In this document: positions 60,703 through 64,000 of the stretch, piece after piece
Position numbering within the stretch: the stretch's first letter is position 1
How the letters are laid out: every line of letters starts with the position of its first letter
DNA from: Nitrospirales bacterium
GTDB taxonomy: Bacteria > Nitrospirota > Nitrospiria > Nitrospirales > UBA8639
NCBI GenBank assembly: GCA_963555755.3
Contig: OY820905.2
Span: 3,232,001-3,296,000 of the forward strand
DNA length: 64,000 nucleotides
Direction: 5' to 3'
Notes under the pieces: model-generated
Told to the model about the DNA's origin: nothing
Seen by the model: the letters and a program-made list of their open reading frames with translations, nothing else
Database searches by the model: none
Made by a program: the position numbers and the translations under genes

Positions 60703-62330
60703 ATAAAATAGAAGTGCTGAAACGCGAACGAGACGGGTTGGAGATTATTGAAGATATTCCGCTGTTTGCCAAAACAGGTTGGGAATCGATTCCGGAAGAT
60801 GATATCCAACGCCTTAAATGGTACGGCCTGTTTTTGAGGAATCCCACGCCCGGGTATTTCATGATTCGAGTGCGGATTCCCGGAGGACGCGCAACCTCAG
60901 CTCAATTGCGCACCTTGGCGGAGATAGCCAAGACCTTCGGTAATGGGCAATTAGATTTTACGACTCGCCAACAAATTCAGGTTCGCCATCTTCAAATCGA
61001 ACATGTCCCTGAAGTGTTCGCACGAATGGACGAGGTGGGCCTGACGTCGCTGCAAACCGGGTTGGATAATGTGCGAAATATCATGACCTGTCCGGTAGCA
61101 GGGTTGTCTCCCTCGGAATGTATTGATGCGACACCGTTGGTCCATGCCTTGAACCAAGAGATCGTGGGCAATCGGGAATATACCAATCTTCCCCGGAAGT
61201 TCAATGTGGTGATCACGGGTTGTCCGGACAATTGTCTCCATGCGGAAACCCAAGACTTGGCGTTGGTTCCAGCCACCAAAGAGATCGATGGGGAAGAGAA
61301 GCAAGGTTTCAATGTGTTGGTCGGCGGAAAACTTGGGTCCGGTGGGTACCGGATCGCGACACCATTAGATGTCTTTGTGCTTCCCGACGAAGCCGTAGAG
61401 GTCTCGTGTGCCGTGATTCGAGCGTTTCGCGATTACGGATTTCGCGATTCGCGAACCACGGCACGGTTAGCCTTCTTGTTGGAAGAATGGGGAGAAGTTC
61501 GATTTCGTGTCGAGGTGGAAAGACAAATGGGAAGGGCATTGTGGACAGCAGGAAAGGATGCTCGAAAAAAATCAGACACTACGCACGGTGGAGTCTTTCG
61601 GCAAACACAACCGGGATTGAACTACGCCGGGCTCCAAATTCCGGTCGGGAGAATGCAGGCGGAGGACTTACTGGGACTCACCCGTTTGGCAGAGCGTTAT
61701 GGGACCAGCGAACTTCGTCTCGGGGCAAACCAGTCCTTCGTGATTCCCCATATCCACGACAAAGCACTTGGCGATTTTCTGGAAGAGCCGCTCTTGCAAC
61801 AATTTGGCTACAATCCTTCGCCTGTCCGGAAGGGCTTGGTGAGTTGTGTAGGGAATGATTACTGCAATCTCGCGGTCATCGAAACCAAGAGCCAGGCGAT
61901 GAAAACTGCAGCGGCGTTGGAGGCCAAGGTGGGCTCACATATCAAACCAATCACGATGCATTGGTCAGGGTGCCCGGCAGGGTGTGGCAATCACTTGGTC
62001 GCCGATATCGGACTCTTAGGAAAAAAGATCAAGCGTCGAGGCCAAATCGTGGATGCGGTTGATGTGTATGTGGGTGGGCGATCAGGGCCCGATGCCAAGC
62101 TCGCCACGAAATTATTGGAAGATGTACCGTGTGATGAGTTATCCGATGTGTTGGCCGGGGTGCTGCCCTATCACACACGCGAGAAAATGCATCGTGAAAA
62201 GAAACGCATGCGACCAAGTCCTAAACCAGCAAGCATCAAAGCGAGTACGTCTCAGGATCCTGCTTCGACTCCAACACTCAAAAGTAGACCGGTGGCCTCG
62301 GAAAACCAGCAATTAGTCAAATGGGGATAA
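60699..62330 (+). CDS. nirA: Ferredoxin-nitrite reductase (sirohaem)
   Basis: RLKWYGL, TTRQ, DNVRN, NLPRKFN, CVGNDYC, WSGCPAGC. Confidence 0.93.
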   Translation: MNKIEVLKRERDGLEIIEDIPLFAKTGWESIPEDDIQRLKWYGLFLRNPTPGYFMIRVRIPGGRATSAQLRTLAEIAKTFGNGQLDFTTRQQIQVRHLQIEHVPEVFARMDEVGLTSLQTGLDNVRNIMTCPVAGLSPSECIDATPLVHALNQEIVGNREYTNLPRKFNVVITGCPDNCLHAETQDLALVPATKEIDGEEKQGFNVLVGGKLGSGGYRIATPLDVFVLPDEAVEVSCAVIRAFRDYGFRDSRTTARLAFLLEEWGEVRFRVEVERQMGRALWTAGKDARKKSDTTHGGVFRQTQPGLNYAGLQIPVGRMQAEDLLGLTRLAERYGTSELRLGANQSFVIPHIHDKALGDFLEEPLLQQFGYNPSPVRKGLVSCVGNDYCNLAVIETKSQAMKTAAALEAKVGSHIKPITMHWSGCPAGCGNHLVADIGLLGKKIKRRGQIVDAVDVYVGGRSGPDAKLATKLLEDVPCDELSDVLAGVLPYHTREKMHREKKRMRPSPKPASIKASTSQDPASTPTLKSRPVASENQQLVKWG

Positions 62331-62338
62331 CACGAGGA

Positions 62339-63283
62339 TTACACGAGTTGATGAATGGTAATTTCCGGTGGGCAATTAAGCCGGACGGGGAGGAGGGAAT
62401 TCCCGGTGCCGCGTGACGTGTAGCCCATCATGCGGCCTTCATAGCTCCATCCACCGGAGATATATTGCCGACTGAAATTGCTGCTATTCAAAATGGGGAT
62501 GTGTCCTGGCAGACAGATTTGGCCACCATGGGTGTGCCCGCACATGTAATAATCAATGCCCGCTTCACAGGCTTCGGGAATAATTTCCGCGGAATGCGCC
62601 AACAGAATTTTTACCGCTTCTTGCGGTACGCCGTCTAACGCTCGTGGCAGATCCGCGACTTCATACCAATGAGGATCATCGACGCCGATCATCCATAGTG
62701 TTTCGCCATCTTTCTTGATTGGTACGGCTTCGTTTAACAATATCGGGATGCCCATTTTTTCTAGTGGCGGTACCATCTCAATAAAATCGTGGTTACCTAA
62801 AATCCCCAGAATTCCGTGAGGGCAATGGATCGCATTGGTCAAGTCCGTCATGAGCGCAAGGGCTTCCTGGTAATCACCAAACGTCAGAAACCGAAAGTCT
62901 CCGGTAATCACGCAAAGATCGTACGTCAGAGAACGAAGCACCTCTTTGAGTTTCTTTCCTCGGTCAACAATTCCTTCCACGTGAAGATCAGATAATTGGA
63001 GAATTCGGAATCCATGAAAAGCGGGAGGAAGACCGCGCAGTGGAACCGTCACGACTTCGACTTTGTAATCAATGGAGTTACGTGTGGCTCGGTGATAGAG
63101 CCCACAGAGTTGTAGCGCACCCTTCAGCAGCGGACCAACGGCATCAAGGTTTTCCCAGTAGATGTGAAATCCCGTGGGGGCAAAGCGAAATGCGGAATGA
63201 TTGACTTGCAGCTCAAGCCGTTTCCCCAAGTGTACGGGGCCAATTCGGTCTTTGAGTTGAAGAAAGGCTTCGTTATCGACCAT
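62339..63283 (-). CDS. Metallophosphoesterase (YkuE-like)
   Basis: SDLH, TGDF, GNHD, GHTHGGQ. Confidence 0.92.
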   Translation of the reverse strand: MVDNEAFLQLKDRIGPVHLGKRLELQVNHSAFRFAPTGFHIYWENLDAVGPLLKGALQLCGLYHRATRNSIDYKVEVVTVPLRGLPPAFHGFRILQLSDLHVEGIVDRGKKLKEVLRSLTYDLCVITGDFRFLTFGDYQEALALMTDLTNAIHCPHGILGILGNHDFIEMVPPLEKMGIPILLNEAVPIKKDGETLWMIGVDDPHWYEVADLPRALDGVPQEAVKILLAHSAEIIPEACEAGIDYYMCGHTHGGQICLPGHIPILNSSNFSRQYISGGWSYEGRMMGYTSRGTGNSLLPVRLNCPPEITIHQLV

Positions 63284-63493
63284 GGGGAAAAAGTCTTTGT
63301 ACGGAATAGGGTGTGGTGTAGCTCATTTCTATAAGATCGGTCACAACGCGGTAGGAATTGACCTTCACCACCTTGAGATCATCATATATAGCCGGGTTTC
63401 GTCAAGAAGGGACAAACAGGGTAGTTGAAAAAGTTTGAACCTGAAAGCGCCACTTGCCAGGATCCGTATTCACTGAATAAAATGAGAATCCTC

Positions 63494-63904
63494 ATGCAAA
63501 CACTCGATATACATAATCCCGATATTCCTGACCTCCAATTTGTCTTGATGATCGGGGCTTTGTGCACTTTGGACATGCCCACCTTGAATGTACCGGAGGA
63601 GGTCCGCCGCCTAGTCTTTGACCGGTGCTGGGCCATGCTTCACGACACGCCCCCACCGGAAGAACCCACACAACGTGTGCTGGACCTTCGCCAAGGCGAT
63701 GAGGTGACCCTTGAAGCCCTCGTCGAAGTGATTCGGAGCACCTTCACGGAGCAGGGCTACGACCAACTCACGTGGGACTCAACCCCCAGCGAAACCACCC
63801 AATCTAACACCCCCGAAGTCCAATCCCTCATCGACCGCCTCGAGAAATGGGACCCAGTCAATCCCCCACCCGTCGATGGGGCAAGCGAAGCGGGGAATAA
63901 CTAA
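63494..63904 (+). CDS. Hypothetical protein (start uncertain)
   Basis: Open frame with protein-like composition; no recognised motif. Confidence 0.6.
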   Translation: MQTLDIHNPDIPDLQFVLMIGALCTLDMPTLNVPEEVRRLVFDRCWAMLHDTPPPEEPTQRVLDLRQGDEVTLEALVEVIRSTFTEQGYDQLTWDSTPSETTQSNTPEVQSLIDRLEKWDPVNPPPVDGASEAGNN

Positions 63905-63914
63905 AATTTAAATT

Positions 63915-63990
63915 GCGGGGTTTTGTCCCCACGCGCCGAGGTCCTTTTTTTTTCGGCAAAATGACCTCGGCGGCGCTGGCGAAACCCCGC
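63915..63990. repeat. REP-like hairpin
   Basis: TGCGGGGTTT...AAACCCCGCA enclosing CGCCGAGGTC/GACCTCGGCG; the end resembles GGCGAAACCCC at 47457. Confidence 0.6.
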
Positions 63991-64000
63991 ATAGAAATAA

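Overview
This is a bacterial chromosome segment of roughly 50% GC by eye. It is most likely from a nitrite-oxidising Nitrospirota (Nitrospira-like) organism, inferred from gene content only. Core genes include polA, xth, dapF, tRNA-Val(CAC), rnhA and the minus-strand pheA-hisC-aroF-tyrA-aroA-cmk-plsC-rpsA-sppA-ihfB block. Accessory genes include secreted proteins and lipoproteins, an alpha carbonic anhydrase, several sensor kinases, a sigma54 response regulator, TA modules, a di-haem cytochrome c peroxidase, an RND pump broken by an IS1595 element, and a NifA-like activator next to nirC-nirA. Intergenic DNA holds at least nine small inverted-repeat (MITE-like) families and many 7-nt-periodic inverted arrays. 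Five observations stand out. (1) A four-helix-bundle (IVS/Avd-like) gene and its neighbours are each bracketed by complementary heptamer arrays, forming long stem-loops outside any rRNA. (2) A candidate ANTAR-antitermination plus sigma54/NifA-like feed-forward circuit controls nitrite assimilation. (3) An intact IS4 element has its transposase fused to a DUF4338 (DruA-like) domain. (4) A five-component nested MITE stack can be read against a simpler sister locus. (5) Two sigma54 promoters share an upstream motif at almost identical spacing. All family assignments are by motif recognition, without database searches. Some frameshifts lie in homopolymer runs and may be sequencing errors.
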